A stretch of DNA of 64,000 nucleotides, taken from assembly GCA_965287045.1 (NCBI GenBank), contig OZ336873.1, positions 39,494,001 to 39,558,000 of the forward strand. Reading direction: 5' to 3'. Source of the DNA: Carcharhinus amblyrhynchos (taxonomy: Eukaryota). A model generated the notes under the pieces. The model ran no database searches. It worked only from the letters and a program-made list of their open reading frames with translations, and had not been told where the DNA came from. Positions 1 to 13,321 of this stretch are shown here, piece after piece. Numbering within the stretch: position 1 is the first letter of the stretch; each line of letters begins with the position of its first letter. Both the position numbers and the translations under genes were made by a program.

Positions 1-99
1 GCCAATGATGGTCACTACTGGGGCAAGACCTCTACTTAGCAAATAAAACAACCATGATGACATGAAGCCAAAAGGAAAAGAGTACAATACCAAAAACAG

Positions 100-410
100 T
101 ACAGATTCTGGTGAATGGGACAGACAAAAAGTACAGTTCAAAGTGATGATAAAATTATTTCTGCTGGTTTGGGAATCTATAAGAGGACAGAGCTTAAAAA
201 TTAAAGCCTGGCCTATCAGTAATGAGGTTGGAAAACACTTCCACATTCTGAGGGTGGTGAAAATTTGTATCTTGTTTCTGCAAATGGAAGTTGACATTGA
301 AATTGATAAATTTTTGCATTAAGACATATATGGAGTTAGTTCAGGGATCACCTTATCTCACTGAATGGCAGAACAGACCCAATAGACTAAAAAATGTACT
401 CTCGTACATC
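100..410 (+). mobile_element. Old CR1 LINE 3' fragment
   Basis: Remnant ...SIRGQSLKIK...HFHILRVVKI (CR1 C-terminal TRGHSLKI/FFTQRVV) plus CR1-type 3' UTR. Confidence 0.6.
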
Positions 411-449
411 CTGCTTCCTCAGTCTCAGCCACGACTGTTGAAACACCAT

Positions 450-1503
450 GGGCAAAATTTTCTCAAAAAAATTCGAAGCGCAAAACAGGTAAGAAAGTGG
501 GAGGTTTTCTTGCCTGTTTTTTCAGTGAGGTAAGCCATGGTAATTTATGGGACTCTGTGTAATAGAGGCTGTAAAGTAATTCTTGCCAGCAGTGGAGGGG
601 GGTTGCTGGGGTGGAGGGGGGTTGCTGGGGTGGAGGGGGGTGGGGGGTGTGGAGACAGAGTCTCAGCATGCTAGTGTGGCCGGTTGCTTAGCAAATACCC
701 CTATCTCCCAGTATACTGTGTACAACGTATACATGCTGTACAGGGAAATCTGTCAGCATCCTCCACACTGCTCCCAATACATCACCCTTCTCCATCAATG
801 ATTGCCATCCCACCTGATTGCTCCTCCCCCTAAAGATTGTAGCTCTGACCCTTCCCCTCGAATACGGCCGTCCCCACTTTGATCATGGCTCTGGCCCCAA
901 CCCTGGCCGATTACCGCCTCTGCCCCATTCACTGCGCCCACTCCTCTCCCCCAGTTGCCGCCCTTCCCAACTCTGCTACTCCCCTTATGGCCTTGCCTCC
1001 TCAGGTCCTGCCCCATTATGCTCTTCCCTGGCTCCATTCCCTTGGCACTGCTCTGTGAGTACTGCCAGAGTGTCAGGGTGCCAAGCTGGCAGTGCCAGGG
1101 TACCAGGCTGGCTCTGTCCTAATGGGCGCTGCCAGCCCTGCCCCAGACTATCTGGGGAACTTCGAAGACCCAGGTCCCACTGGTGAGGCCATCATATCTG
1201 ATCCCCATTGGTGGGGTCCATCTGTGATCCTCGCTGGTGAGGGCCTTGACTGGTGAAGGGGCTAAGGTAAGTGAAGACTACTGCACACCGGGCTCGTTAA
1301 TGACGTGCTAAGCATACCATTAATATTTAAATCAGCTTTTCACCCTTCCTGGGTAAGCACCTTACAGCACTCCCTATGGGTCAGAACAGCATGAAAGCTC
1401 TGTACCCTCAGGGAAACCTTTGGCCTTCCCTCTGCCAGTTGTGACTCTTTATTCATTGACCAAATTCCTGCTGAACCTGGGCCGGACCTCGAATTGTTCC
1501 CCA
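450..1503. mobile_element. Degenerate non-autonomous TIR (Harbinger-like) element, related in opposite orientation to 45825-46823
   Basis: Begins GGGCAAAATTTTCTC; left end resembles reverse complement of 46740-46823; GC-skewed interior with shared ggcactgcc/ggcagtgcc motifs. Confidence 0.5.
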
Positions 1504-2691
1504 GACATTAGAGCCCTCCATGGTATCTTGCTTACTTCCACATAAATATTGGAGGTGCACTATGGCAAAACAGATATTTTTTGGAAACCTGGAAAAAAAG
1601 CTGAAAGGTGGATGACATATCACAGTGAATCAAGGAGAAGACGTAAAAGGAACAATCAAATCAGAAAATATCTGGGTAAGGTACTGAAAAGGCATGAGAA
1701 GTAATATGAGGAGAAAAATAATATAACTGCAAATAAAAGAAAAAAAATGGAAAATTCCATTTTCCAGGTCGCCAGCATCGTAAAAAGGGAAAGATATACC
1801 AGAATCTGGAATAAGAACTCCCTTCAGATTTGTATTCTGATGAAACAATCGCATCTGCAAATCAATAGACTCTGCCAGGTGCTGATGGACTCCGTACATA
1901 CCAACCATAAGTCTGACCAACACTGAGCACTAAACAAGGGCACCTAAATTTAATTAGCAAGTCTTAAATTAAACTAAAGATTAGAAATGTTTTCTCGGAC
2001 AGCATATGTGGAATATACTCTCAGGATAAGCAATTCATTAAATTCATCAAAACGAGCTGGATACTTATCTGGTTTGATGCAGGATTGGCAGCAAGAGACA
2101 GAGGTTAATATTATGATAAAATATTTAACGGAAAGGAAAACAAAGGTTTCTGTGTTTCTTGGATGCCAAACATTGTTTGGTGAGCAGAAGATTAAGACTG
2201 CATAGTGAAGATGTGACATTTACTTAATAACCCTGGAGGATTAAGGAGTATTTATGCACTGCTTTCTCTCAGGAAATTAAATCACTGTGACTAACTATAC
2301 ATGCTTTAAGGAAAGAGCTTGTTGGGCTGGAAGAACTTTTCTAATTCTATGTCCTCTCATGTTCTTATTTGTTATCGCTGCTTGGAGTTTCCATTTCTTA
2401 TGGCTTACAATTGGGGAAGAAATTAAGTTCTAATGGCCAATATTTTCTCTGCTATTAGCTTCGTGAAAAGGACCTTTCCTTATTGAAATGCACTGAATGG
2501 CATGATGTTGCTGTCGGTGCGATAGAAACTAAACTCACCACAGAACATTAAGGTGTCCTTTCCAGTTTATTTACCATTTTAACAATGCGCCAGCGTTAAT
2601 TATTGCCACTGAACATTTTTAGAACTGAAAATTACAAAAGGCATCATTTATTACCCCACTGTAGCAAAATTTAGCCAATAATATTACTTAC

Positions 2692-2772
2692 CGCACTGTC
2701 AAAAATGTCTGTATCTGCCCACGATACTTTTCTTCCTTCTCGAATATATAACTGCTTTCTAGGTTTCTGCGC
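2692..2772 (-). CDS. RPGRIP1L: RPGRIP1L coding exon, 81 bp (RVxF-like motif RKVSW)
   Basis: ttttag| ... |gtaagt; AQKPRKQLYIREGRKVSWADTDIFDSA, resembling human PKPRQRLTPVDKKVSF. Confidence 0.85.
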
Positions 2773-3420
2773 CTAAAATATCAAATTCCATGAAATCAGA
2801 TATCAGAAAGATTGCTGATGTTCATCCCTACTTTCCTTAGAAGTTAATCTTTATTTACCTGACTATTTTTCCCTTGCTAATATCCAAGACACCTATCCAC
2901 TGCATTCAGGAGTTGGGGTAAACAGCCTTTTTTTCTAACCTACTGACTGATTCCCAAAAAGGTAAAAGCTGTTCAATAGAGACTGTCCATCTGAATTTCC
3001 TTTCCTCCCAAGAAATGGTATCCAGGCTTCACATCTTGTAGCAGTGCAGCTAAAACAAAGTAGACTGAAAAAATTAATTCTATTTCATAACATGCATGGT
3101 CCTACTTGCTGTTCTAACGCTAAGCATCACTGCATTGCATCTACCCTTCGCTCTGCCCATTTTAAATGTGATTAAATGTGCTAAATTGTGTGCTTCTGTT
3201 GTGGATCCTTACGCATTGGAGGTGCATACTGAGAAACTGTCTAACCATTAATTTTAGTGGCTTTCTGAAACTAGTGAATTAAAAATCTTATTAACTTTTC
3301 TCTAAGTGAAACAATATCAAGGAAACCTAATTACACTGATCTTGGAAATATTTGCATATCTAATAAACACTTAAAATCAAGAAACATTTGGAGTCATTAA
3401 AATTGAATAAAATGAATCAC

Positions 3421-3626
3421 CAAAATTGATGCCTCAGATACAATAGGTGAAGTTTCTTTAACTTCCTCTTTTACTGGCAACTTTTCTGGTCCTTGATTTG
3501 GGACCACCTCATTTTGATCCACAGTCATTATGGATTCATTTGGTGGCAGGTATGAGGCCATCCACTTTAATTCAACATCTAGCGTGCCATTGGTTTGTCC
3601 TTCAGAGTTTGCAAGTTCAAATGTTC
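3421..3626 (-). CDS. RPGRIP1L: RPGRIP1L coding exon, about 206 bp (end of C2 plus linker)
   Basis: ttctag| acceptor; GTFELANSEGQTNGTLDVELKWMASYLPP...EASIL; donor |gtgatt at 3420 is weak but gives the phase needed for the next exon. Confidence 0.85.
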
Positions 3627-4219
3627 CTAGAAATAAATTAAGAAAGTGCATAATAAAGATACTGTCTGCAAAGGACAAGACATTTTAATTAACATAAACT
3701 TCAAGAATTACTGCATGTTTTGGAAGTTTTATGTGTTGATCTGAAGGGCTATCATTAGTATCAGCCGATATGAATTCAACAATAACAAACTATAGAGGCA
3801 AACTGTATTCTTAGGCATTTGTATTGGCGTCATGACATATATCAATTGTACCATCACAGGGAGGTACAAGATAAAGGACCAGATAACTCCCTTCAATTAA
3901 AGGAAAACAAGTGTATTCAGAGTCACACCAGGCCGTTGCTTATGTTCACCAGCCACTAGTTCAGGGCAGCATTTAAGAACAAAGAGAACAAAGAACAGTA
4001 TAGGACAGGAACATGCCCTTTGGCCCACCAAAGTCTGTGCTGACACATGATGCCTTTCTCAGCCAAAGACTAAAATTTACGGGGATCTTAGAATTGTACC
4101 CAAATGTCAATGTGGCTACAGATTGCTGCTGGTACAGCAAGAGTCAAAAATAGAAAATACATTAAGGATAGGAAATCTAATTTTCAAAAAGAAAGAATAT
4201 ATGTATTTTGTATTATTAC

Positions 4220-4568
4220 CTGTGATGTACTTGTTGTGAGCTAACGAAATAAGGGGAACTTTGGCCTTTCCAAGGTAAGAAATATCATTGGGCTCTGCAT
4301 CATCGAACACATAAATAATTAAAGATTCTGACTTTAAATATCGGTCAAGCTCTGCATTAATTGGTACAGGAAATTTCATGTGATCATCAAATTGTGGGCT
4401 ATTGCTGTTTGGAATGATGGCTGTATCATGGTCTGCAAAATCAAAGAACTTGTAGACAGCATAAGGACTTGGTTGGATGTTCTTTCCTTTGGCTTGTAGG
4501 TTGTCACAAGATTTTATCGTAATATGAAGTTCATTCAGATTACCGTCCGTCAGAGCTGCAGTAGGTGC
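4220..4568 (-). CDS. RPGRIP1L: RPGRIP1L coding exon, 349 bp (second C2 domain)
   Basis: ctcatag| ... |gtaat; [27 protein letters not shown]...[38 protein letters not shown]...[19 protein letters not shown]. Confidence 0.96.
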
Positions 4569-5595
4569 CTATGAGTTCAGAGAAAAAAAATGTTTTAATT
4601 CAAGACTATTACAATTTATGCAAGGATCTATGTGCTGACACTAAAGATGTAGGCAGCAATTTAAGCTTAACTAATCCACTAAGAAACTGAGAACATTGCC
4701 GGTTTATGATCCTGCCTGATTTTATTCTCCACTGACATTAATGAAAAGTCAGATTGAGTGGGGTGCAAAGTTGATGTTCCACCTAACCCCATGAGTTTCC
4801 CACTGGCAAGTTAAAATTGCCTCCATTATCTTTGATACTGTCATTTTAATATTCATCTACTACAACAAAAGTGGGCATGAGAGACAGAAATTGTAATGAT
4901 TAAACTACATTAACTTAATCCAACTCAGTTCTCTAGATGTTCATAAAAGCTTATTTTAAATTTGTTAAACCTTTTAATAACCAGTCAGTAACTGCACAGT
5001 AATTAACTGCTTGCTGTACACTAACTTTAAAATCAACAGATGGATGGTATCTTGATATACACCATAACATTTGATTGTACATAGTTCTGAATAGTTTTCT
5101 TGTCTCTCACCCAGGTCATTATTGTGAATATTGTGTGCATGAGGACAGAGGGAAAATGGAAGTAATTTGCCCCATGGCACTTCCATGCATCTTCAAAAGA
5201 TAGAAAGACAGATGTTTCTTTATGCAGCAGCTTTCAGGGTCTCTGACTGTAATCAGTGACTGAACATCTATGCATAATTACGTAAGTAAATTGGTCCCCT
5301 TGGCTCAAGAACATTGAATAGATGGAATGTCAACAGTAGTTACCCTGCTCATTGACAACTCAGCTAATCATTGGCCACAAAATTACATATAATTGACAGG
5401 ATTCTCTGGTCTTGTCTGTGGTAAGACCCATTGTGAGTAAGAACAGAAAATTTGGCATTGCAGCCAAAACTCCATTCATTTTCAGCAGAAAATCTTTGCA
5501 AATGAGGATGGAGATTGTGGCCAGTGATCGTATTTAACGCTAGCCTGCACCTCTTAAAGGCAGATGCATCTGAGTAACCACTTCCACCACACTAG

Positions 5596-5732
5596 GGGTG
5601 CAATCTTACCTGTTATCCATGCCCCGCTCCCGCTGCAGTGAGGATGGAGAATTTGGTGCCCAGCTAAATCTCTGTTCACTGCAGCGGGATGGGAAAACCC
5701 CATCGCCGTGAATGGCCGTAAGATACCGGCCC
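5596..5732. mobile_element. MITE of about 135 bp (GGG..ATCTTAC / GTAAGAT..CCC termini), same family as 62335-62442
   Basis: Imperfect TIRs; interior gaggatggagaatttggtgcccagctaaatc matches reverse complement of 62360-62400. Confidence 0.6.
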
Positions 5733-5779
5733 AGGTGATTCAAGTATGCTGGAAGTGTCCATGGCAAAATCCAATGTTC

Positions 5780-5905
5780 AGCAACCATGAGTGAAATGTT
5801 GGTTCTGCATGTCTCCGGAAAGGTGGCCAGGAAGCAGTGGCAAGAGGTAGCAGTGGAGATCAATGTTAGAAAGTTCAAGCAATGCGTAAAAAAGTTAATA
5901 AAATT
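5780..5905 (+). pseudogene. Remnant of a Harbinger Myb/SANT-like DNA-binding ORF
   Basis: VARKQWQEVAVEINVRKFKQCVKKL fits the W..VA..(I/V)N....QC.KK trihelix/Myb pattern. Confidence 0.5.
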
Positions 5906-6725
5906 AAGCAAAAGCAGAAGAGCCACTGTATCTCCAAACAGTAAATTAAAAATGTTTTCAAGCACTGCCATTGCGACTGAAAACAGCCCAAGTATTCTAC
6001 CAGCCTGAAATAATTAACTTAGCTTTAAATAGCAATTTTTCTGTCACACTGGCTTCCGAGGTGACAAATCACGTGCTGTCGCAATTTTCATGGAGGTTTT
6101 TATTCAAATTATTATATTTCAATAGGTTCAGCAATTAAGTTAGGCATGAGTATGGGATGACTGAGGGATGGAATATAGTAACCGCTGCACTTCTGGTGTG
6201 TTTCAGACGCGTGTGTTCTTTGCTAGGAATTGATTTGCTTTGAGCCAGTTTCACTCTTGAAGGATGGGTAAAGTGAGGTCCAATTTTGTCCCGTGCAGAG
6301 TTTAAAGATACAATACTGCATAACAAAAACTTAGCTTGCAGGATATCAAGCCTAGTATGTCACACAAGGGTACAGTGCTTTATCCACAGTAAGTTTCTTC
6401 CAGTTTTAGGCAAGGTAAATACTAAGAAAGCTGAGAAGTCAATTAGCTAACTGGTTTAAGGTGGTTTCTGTAGCTGCAGTTCCGTTTAGTATAAATTCAG
6501 AGGTTTTTAGTGCAGTTTTGCAATGCAGCTTGGGACTGAGTATATACCTCTGAGTTTGCCGAGTGGGGGAAGGAGGTATTCTTTTCCTTTGCAACTTTGA
6601 CAAAGAGGCATCTGGTTAAGCTTTTGCTGAGTGTCTGGTAAGTGGTTACAGTTTGCTCTATTCCTAAGCTTTAGAAATTAATAAACTATATATAAAAAAG
6701 AAAATAAATAATTTAATTAAAACAT

Positions 6726-7008
6726 GGCAGCAGCATGAGGGCACAGTGGTTTGCACTGCTGCCTCACAGCGCCAGGGACCTGGGTTTGATTCCTGACTTG
6801 GGTCATTATCTGTGTGGAGACTGCACGTTCTCCCCGTGTCCGCATGTGTTTCCTCTGGGAGCTCCAGTTTCCTCCCATAGTCTGAAAGACATGCTGATTA
6901 GGTGCACTGAACCGAACAGGTGCTGGAGTGTAGTGACTAGGGGAATTTTACAGTGACTTCATTGTAGTGTTAATGTAAGCTTTACTTGTGACTAATGAAT
7001 AAACTTTA
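6726..7008 (+). mobile_element. tRNA-derived V-SINE (HE1-like) with an alternative 3' tail
   Basis: A/B-box-like head gcacagtggtt...gggtttgattcc, V-domain core tgtgtggag..gcacgttctcccc; tail differs from the other copies. Confidence 0.8.
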
Positions 7009-9603
7009 CATTAAGGAAGGCAGGTGATGTGCCAAAACTGCAGCATTTGTGAGCTTCTGGATGCCAGTGTGATCCAGGGCAAACATGTCTGCAGTAAGTG
7101 TTTTTGGCTGAAGGAGCTTTGGCTGGAGGCAGAGCTGCAAGTACTACAACATCAGGGAGGTGGAAAGTTACTTGAATACTTTATACCAGGAGGCAGTCAC
7201 ACCCCTTAAGACAGGATCGGCTGATTTGGTTAGAGACAGAAGATTGTGACTGCAAGTGAGGCAAGTAAGTGGACCCAGAGAGCAGGAGTGCAGAATCTCA
7301 GACTTTGCCATTGCCCAATATGTTTGGGGTTCTTTCAGCTGGTTTGGATGAGACTGGGAACTGCAGGATGGATGAACTAACTGACCATAGTGCATGGCAC
7401 ATTCAAGTGGAGGGAGCAAAAAAGAATGTAGTGGTGGTCAGGACAGAATTACCAGGGGATTGACACTGTTTTCTGAAGCAAAGAGCAAGAGTTCAGAGGT
7501 GTGTGTGTTGTCTGCCCAGTGCCAGGGTTCTGAATATCTGCTCTGGGCTCGAAAGAAATTTGCAATGGGCAGGGAAGGATCCAGTCATCGTGGTCCATGA
7601 AGCTATCAACGAATTAGGTAAAACTAGGAAACAGGTTCTTCATAGGGAGTATGAGAAGCTAGGCACTAAATTAAAAAGCAGAACCTCGAAGGTAATACTC
7701 TCAATATTATTACCTGAGCTATGTGCAAATTGGCATAAGTTGCCTAAAATTGGAGAGCTGAATGCATGGCTTAAAGATTGATGTAGGAGAAGTGGGTTTC
7801 AACTTGTGTGGCACAGCACCAGTACAGATAAAGTGGGGGTTGCAACATTTGGATGGTTAACATCTGAACCACCCTAGGCTGCATAACTTGAAAAGACAGG
7901 CTTTCAAATTAAATAGGTAAATGGATTAATTTTGGGAAGATGTAGTAAATTCAAGGATAGAGACAGGACAAGAGAGAAACGTATTAATGTGGGAAATGAT
8001 TAAACAGACCATGACAGGAAGGGCCAGAGAGTACATATCTCAAAGTAAATCAGCAGATGAGGCTAGAAGTTATAAAAATAATGGACAAATTTGAGGCCAC
8101 GTAACTGAATGCATGCAGACTTCAAAACAAAACAGACGAACTGATAGCGGAATTAGAAATAAATAAGTACAATCTGATAGTCATTGAATAACATGGCTGC
8201 AGGATGACATAGATTGGAACCTAAATATTGAAACGTATGTGACATTTAGGAAGGATAGAAAGGTAGAGAGACAGCTTTGTTAATTAACAATTGTATTGGC
8301 ACAATGGAGAGTTATTCCCTAAGTTCAGGAAACCAGGTTGCAGAAGCAGTTTGGATGGAGATGAGAAATGATAAAGGCAAGAAGTCACTTGTGGGAGTGA
8401 TGTACAGGCCCCTTCACAGTAATGATATGGTAGGCCAGGGTATAAAGGAAGAATTAATGGGAGCTTGTCAAAAAGGTACAATGATAATAATGGGGATTTT
8501 AATCTACATATTGACTGGAAAAATCAGATAGGCAGATGAGGAATTCATAGGATATTTACCAGATGGTTACACAGAATAGCACATTCTGGAGTGAACCATA
8601 AAGCATGCTTTATTAGATTTGTTATTGTACAATGAGATAAGATTAATTAATGACCACATAGTGAAGGTGCCCCTGTGCACAATGATCATAATATTACTGA
8701 ATTTTACATGATTTAAGGGAGGGAACAGTGGGTTTAAGAACTAGTATTTTAAACTAAATAAGGGGACTATCAGGCCATGTAAGCAGAGCTATTTAAAGTG
8801 AACTGGCAAGTTAGGTTCAGAGATAACATGATAGAGATGCAGTGGCAGATATTTAAGGATATTTCAGCATACAAGAAATAGATACATTCCAATGAGAAAG
8901 AAAAATCCCAAGTGGAGGACCCACCATCCGTGGTTAACTAAAAAAAGTTAAAGATAGCATCAAACTTAAAGAAAAGGCATGTAATTGCACAAAGATTAGT
9001 GGTAGGTCAGGAGATTGGACAGAATATTAAAAACAGACAATGAATGACTAAAAGACTGATAAGGGGAAAAAAAATAGAGTACAGGAGAAAGCTAGCTGGA
9101 AATATAAAGAGTTTCTACAGGTATTTTAAAAGAAAAGAGTTAGCAAAGTGAGCTTAGGTCCTATAGAAAGTGAGTCTGGGGACTTAATGAAGGAAAATAA
9201 GGAGATGGCCGATGAATTGAACAGCTGAATTTCATCAGTTTCCACTATAAGGGATACAAATAATATCCCAGAAATAGCTGAAAGTCAGGAAACAACAGGG
9301 AGGGAGGAACTCAAGAAAATTATAATCACTAGGGATGAGGTAGAAGTAAATTGTTGGAGCTGTGGGTCAACAAGTCCACGGGTCCTGATGGACTTCATCC
9401 TGGGGATTTAAAAGTGGCTAATGATAAGTGATGTATTTATTTTAATTTTCAAAAATTCCCTAGATTTTGGATACGGTTCCATTGGATTGGAAAATAATTG
9501 GATTGGAAAATGTAGCTACTTTATTCAAAAAGAGAGGGAGACAAAAAGGAGGAAACTACTGGCCAGTAAACTTAACATCTGTCATAGAGAAAACAGAGTC
9601 ATG

Positions 9604-9729
9604 GGGCAGGATTTTCCAGCCATGCTGGCCCCAAAGCCAGAAAATCCCGCTTGAGGTCGACGGATCTTTGCATGGTCCGTGTCCCGCCCACTACGGTTCC
9701 CGTGGCGGTGGGATTGGAAAGTTCCGCTC
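9604..9729. mobile_element. MITE of about 125 bp (GGGCAGGATTTT...AAAGTTCCGCTC)
   Basis: Imperfect TIRs; same family as 20982-21108, 38742-38861, 46950-47075, 57798-57923; interrupts CR1 RT. Confidence 0.7.
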
Positions 9730-10543
9730 ATAGCGTCTCTGAATGTTAGAAACTATTATTAATGACAATACGGCAGTGCCCTTGGAAAAATTTAAGGTAG
9801 TCAGGTGGAGTCAAAATGTTTTTGTGAAAAGCAAAGGTGAGGGCCTTTGTGTTTTTATTTTAACTGGGATGAAGTCCCACTGCATCACGGCGAGCCTTTT
9901 AAACTGCCCACCTCTGCACTCAGCAGCCCCTGTGGCTGCTTTCAAATCTTTTCTTGGATTGGCCAACCTGGCTCCAGCCTACACCTGCACCTCGCTGGTA
10001 ATGAAATCCCACATTTGCTGACCTTTTTCTTCTGGTGTGGACAGGCTGAGTCAGGAATTTTCCCAACACCTGCTAGCCACCTTGAGGATGAAAATCCAGG
10101 CCAGCCAGTTTACATCTGAAACATGACAATGGTCAGAGGCTAGGAGAAAGAACAATTAGAATCTAACTCCTCAAGATATTCGCCAATCTTCAAATCTGAA
10201 ATTCACCAAAGACAGAACAGTTTTCATTTTAAATTTAGCTACAATAAATTTGTGGCTCCAACACACACGTTTTCAAACGGCCAACTATTTGATCAGGAGT
10301 AAACTGAAGTTCAGTTAAAATCTTGTGCATTATTTGCAGGTTTTGATAATCGACACATACACAGAACTTTATTTTCTACATTTATTTCATACCTTTATTT
10401 TCTACCATTATGATAGGATTAAAAATCTTTACATTCATTTATATCAAACCTTTTTTATTGTATTGAACATTTTTCAAAGCTTTTTGAATCAAAACCTATC
10501 AAACCTAAATTCAGTTAAAAATTTTTAATGACAAAATGTTCAC

Positions 10544-10695
10544 CTGTTGTGTTTGATCAAATGAATGATGACTGGAAGTTATGTATCCAAGAGCTTTTGT
10601 TCGTTCCTTATAAAGCCGGATAGCCTGAGCCATTGGCACACGCAGCCGGAACCAATATTCCACTGCTCCATAATTTTCAAAATCTCCTCTGATGC
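10544..10695 (-). CDS. RPGRIP1L: RPGRIP1L coding exon, 152 bp
   Basis: tgtag| ... |gtgaac; [51 protein letters not shown]. Confidence 0.96.
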
Positions 10696-11417
10696 CTACA
10701 TTCAAAATGGAGACTGTATTTAAGAGAGGTAGGGCAGCTGTGAAACAGTAATACATAATACTGCACAAAATTAAATTTAGGATAGTTCAAGAACAATAAT
10801 CTATTTACAGATAAATAGATTAGTTCTTTGAATAGCGTAAGTCCATGGCTTTTGATATCAGTGTTCGTATGCATTTCTAGTACATAGATAAAGTTCTTAT
10901 TGAACAATCAATGAAATGCTTAATTTCCTTTTAATTGTGTAGTCAATTTGTAGATAAAAAATAATGCTGATCAATATTTGGGATAAACACATTTCTTTTA
11001 ATTTAATGATTTGCTACAGTTTGAGGTAGAATTAAAAATATCAGAACAATTTTTCCACTTCTCAATCAAGATTTGCTCTGGTTATTATTCACAGGTAAAT
11101 CATATAAAGACATCCAAAGCAATCAGACAGTAGAAAAAGGAGAGGCGTTCCCTATTTGAAACCTTGGCTTATACCAGCAGATGCTGCTTGAGCTGTCAAG
11201 TGTCTCCAGTCCTTCCTATTTCTGTTAGGAAACAAAAATACTTTTCTCAAGCTAATAAGCTTGTTTTAGGTGAAAAGTCACCAGTTTTAGATACATGGTT
11301 CTGTTGATAAGTCAAAGTCCTGAAACTTTAGACTGGATTTTCATTCAGAGGCCATTATCTTGAGTTGGGAAATTTTCTGGCTCGACCCACTCACCTCAAT
11401 AAAAGATTACGGAGGAA

Positions 11418-11721
11418 AAGTGGTCAGCACTGCTGCCCCACAGCGCTAAGGGCCCAGGTTCAACTTTGGCCTCCAGTGACTGGCTGTATGGAGTTTGCAC
11501 AATTTCCCCGTGTCTCTGTGGGTTTCCCCCAGTGCTCCTATTTCCTCCCACGCTCCAAAGATGCGTGAGTTAGGTTGATAGGCCATGCTAAATTGCCCCT
11601 TAGTATCAGGAGGATTAGCAGGGTAAATATATGTGGTTATGGGATACAGGCTAGGTGTGATTGTTGTCGGTGCAGGCGCAATAGGCCGAATGGCCTCTTT
11701 CTGCACTGTAGGAATTCTATG
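11418..11721 (+). mobile_element. V-SINE (HE1-like)
   Basis: tRNA head, V core, CR1-like tail ggccgaatggcctc..ctgcactgtag.attctatg. Confidence 0.85.
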
Positions 11722-13321
11722 CCCTGAGAGCGTCAGTGTACAGGATGGAGTTGGGCCAGCCATTGTTGGACTCAAATTGGAGGTGGCCATTGGGGCTACT
11801 AAGTATTAACAGCTAATCCTTTAAAAACCCCTCTGAGCTATCAATCAGACTGTTGTGATAATTGTGGCCTGGAAAGAAGCCAATTGTTACCAATGATAAA
11901 ATGGTAGGATATTTTAACGATTAGACCTTTTTTTTGTCAACTTTCACTGACACTGATGCGCTTTCTAATTTTTTTTGAAAGAGCTGGAGATTTAACCAAC
12001 TTGATAGTTACACGTACCTTATCTGTGCTTTATGAGCATTTATGTATCCTTCACAAATTTGTGCATCTCACACTGTGGGATTAGGCCCTTGCTACAGTGA
12101 AAAATGAGTCTGTTTATACGCCTGGTGAGTTTGGGTTTTCCACATGTGAGACATGCCTCACTCCCTTTCCCTACTGGTAAAAATGGCATCTTTTGGAAAT
12201 GTGGGTGAGACTTTTGGATCCAGGTTCTGTCCATCACTTTTAAAGGTCTGCAGTGACTCCACGAGTTTGTGAAAATGCAGCGCTTTAACTCTGTTCCCCT
12301 CTCCACAGATCCTGCCAGATCTGCTGTGCATTTTCCCTTTTTAGTTCAAATTTTCAGCATTTGCAGTATGTTGTTTTCATATAAAAACATTCTTAAAATT
12401 TGCTTACAACATTGTGACCAATCAAGTTTCCCCTGATGCTTTCCTTATACCCAGTCCCGGGAATTGTGGGTTTTTTCCTGTTGTGTTGGTTTATTGGAGA
12501 TTAATATAAATTGTATTTAAATCGGATGCTCTGTGTAATAAGCAGCAGCAGTGTGGGACACACAATACTCTTTCATTTTTGAATCCTAGAAATCTCAATT
12601 AAGAGGTACATTAAAGATACCTTTCACATTTAACAGTAATGAATTTAAGACTCAACCACATTAGATGTAAAAATATGAGGTGACTTTGGACAGTCTTTTT
12701 TGCCAGTCTCTCTGGACATGAATCTATAGCATAAACTGGCAACTCTACTTAACAGCGATCACAAGACAACTGATGTAGGAAATGGAAAATAACACATTAT
12801 CTTAAATAGAGCTTGCTACTACACTAATCTGCTGAAACTGGTGGTCTGTTAAAAACCATGTGTCGAAGCTGACTTCTTACAAAAATAACTCATTAGCAAA
12901 TAAAATATATATTCTTGATTGGTATCAACTCTTCTACCTTTCTAATGAATGTGCCTTTGTCCTCCCATGTATTTGAAACTGCGTGTTTTTGAACTAAAAT
13001 AGGCTTATTACCTTTTTTTTGGTAACAGAAACAAGAAGCACTGAAGATACTAAACAGATCAGACATTATCTGTTGACACAAGTCAAGGGTTTGCATATGG
13101 AACTCATCTGTCCTGTGCCTGATTGCTCTGAATGACAAAATCTCAAACCCAAAGGTTTGCCAAGCAACTCTGGAATAGGAAATATAATTTTTAAGTCCTG
13201 GTTGTAAAAGCTAATTTTATTTAAAGAAAACATCTACTATCTCTTTACATGGCCTGGTATCAAATACTAACCAATTACATTCCTCACAAGTGCCCTGGGA
13301 TGTTTTGCTATTTTAGGTCAT

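Larger units (their letters stand above)
6540..9833 (+). mobile_element. Decayed CR1 LINE: ORF1 (Cys-rich + SGNH esterase), APE endonuclease and RT N-terminus; 3'-truncated
   Basis: CQNCSICELL..HVCSKC; CCLPSARV..DPVIVVH; SLVGVMYRP; IIMG; KSTGPDGLHP; VPLDWK..LFKK..GNYWPVNLTSV; many stops and frameshifts; interrupted by a SINE (6726) and a MITE (9604). Confidence 0.88.

Noticed and set aside
1630-1923. 97-aa minus-strand ORF as a possible next RPGRIP1L exon
   Set aside because: No recognisable similarity and no convincing acceptor/donor pair; a diverged linker exon cannot be excluded without RNA-seq
2960-3049. Strong-looking minus-strand acceptor (tttgttttag) between the 206-bp and 81-bp exons
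   Set aside because: The required phase-0 frame reads LHCYKM then stop
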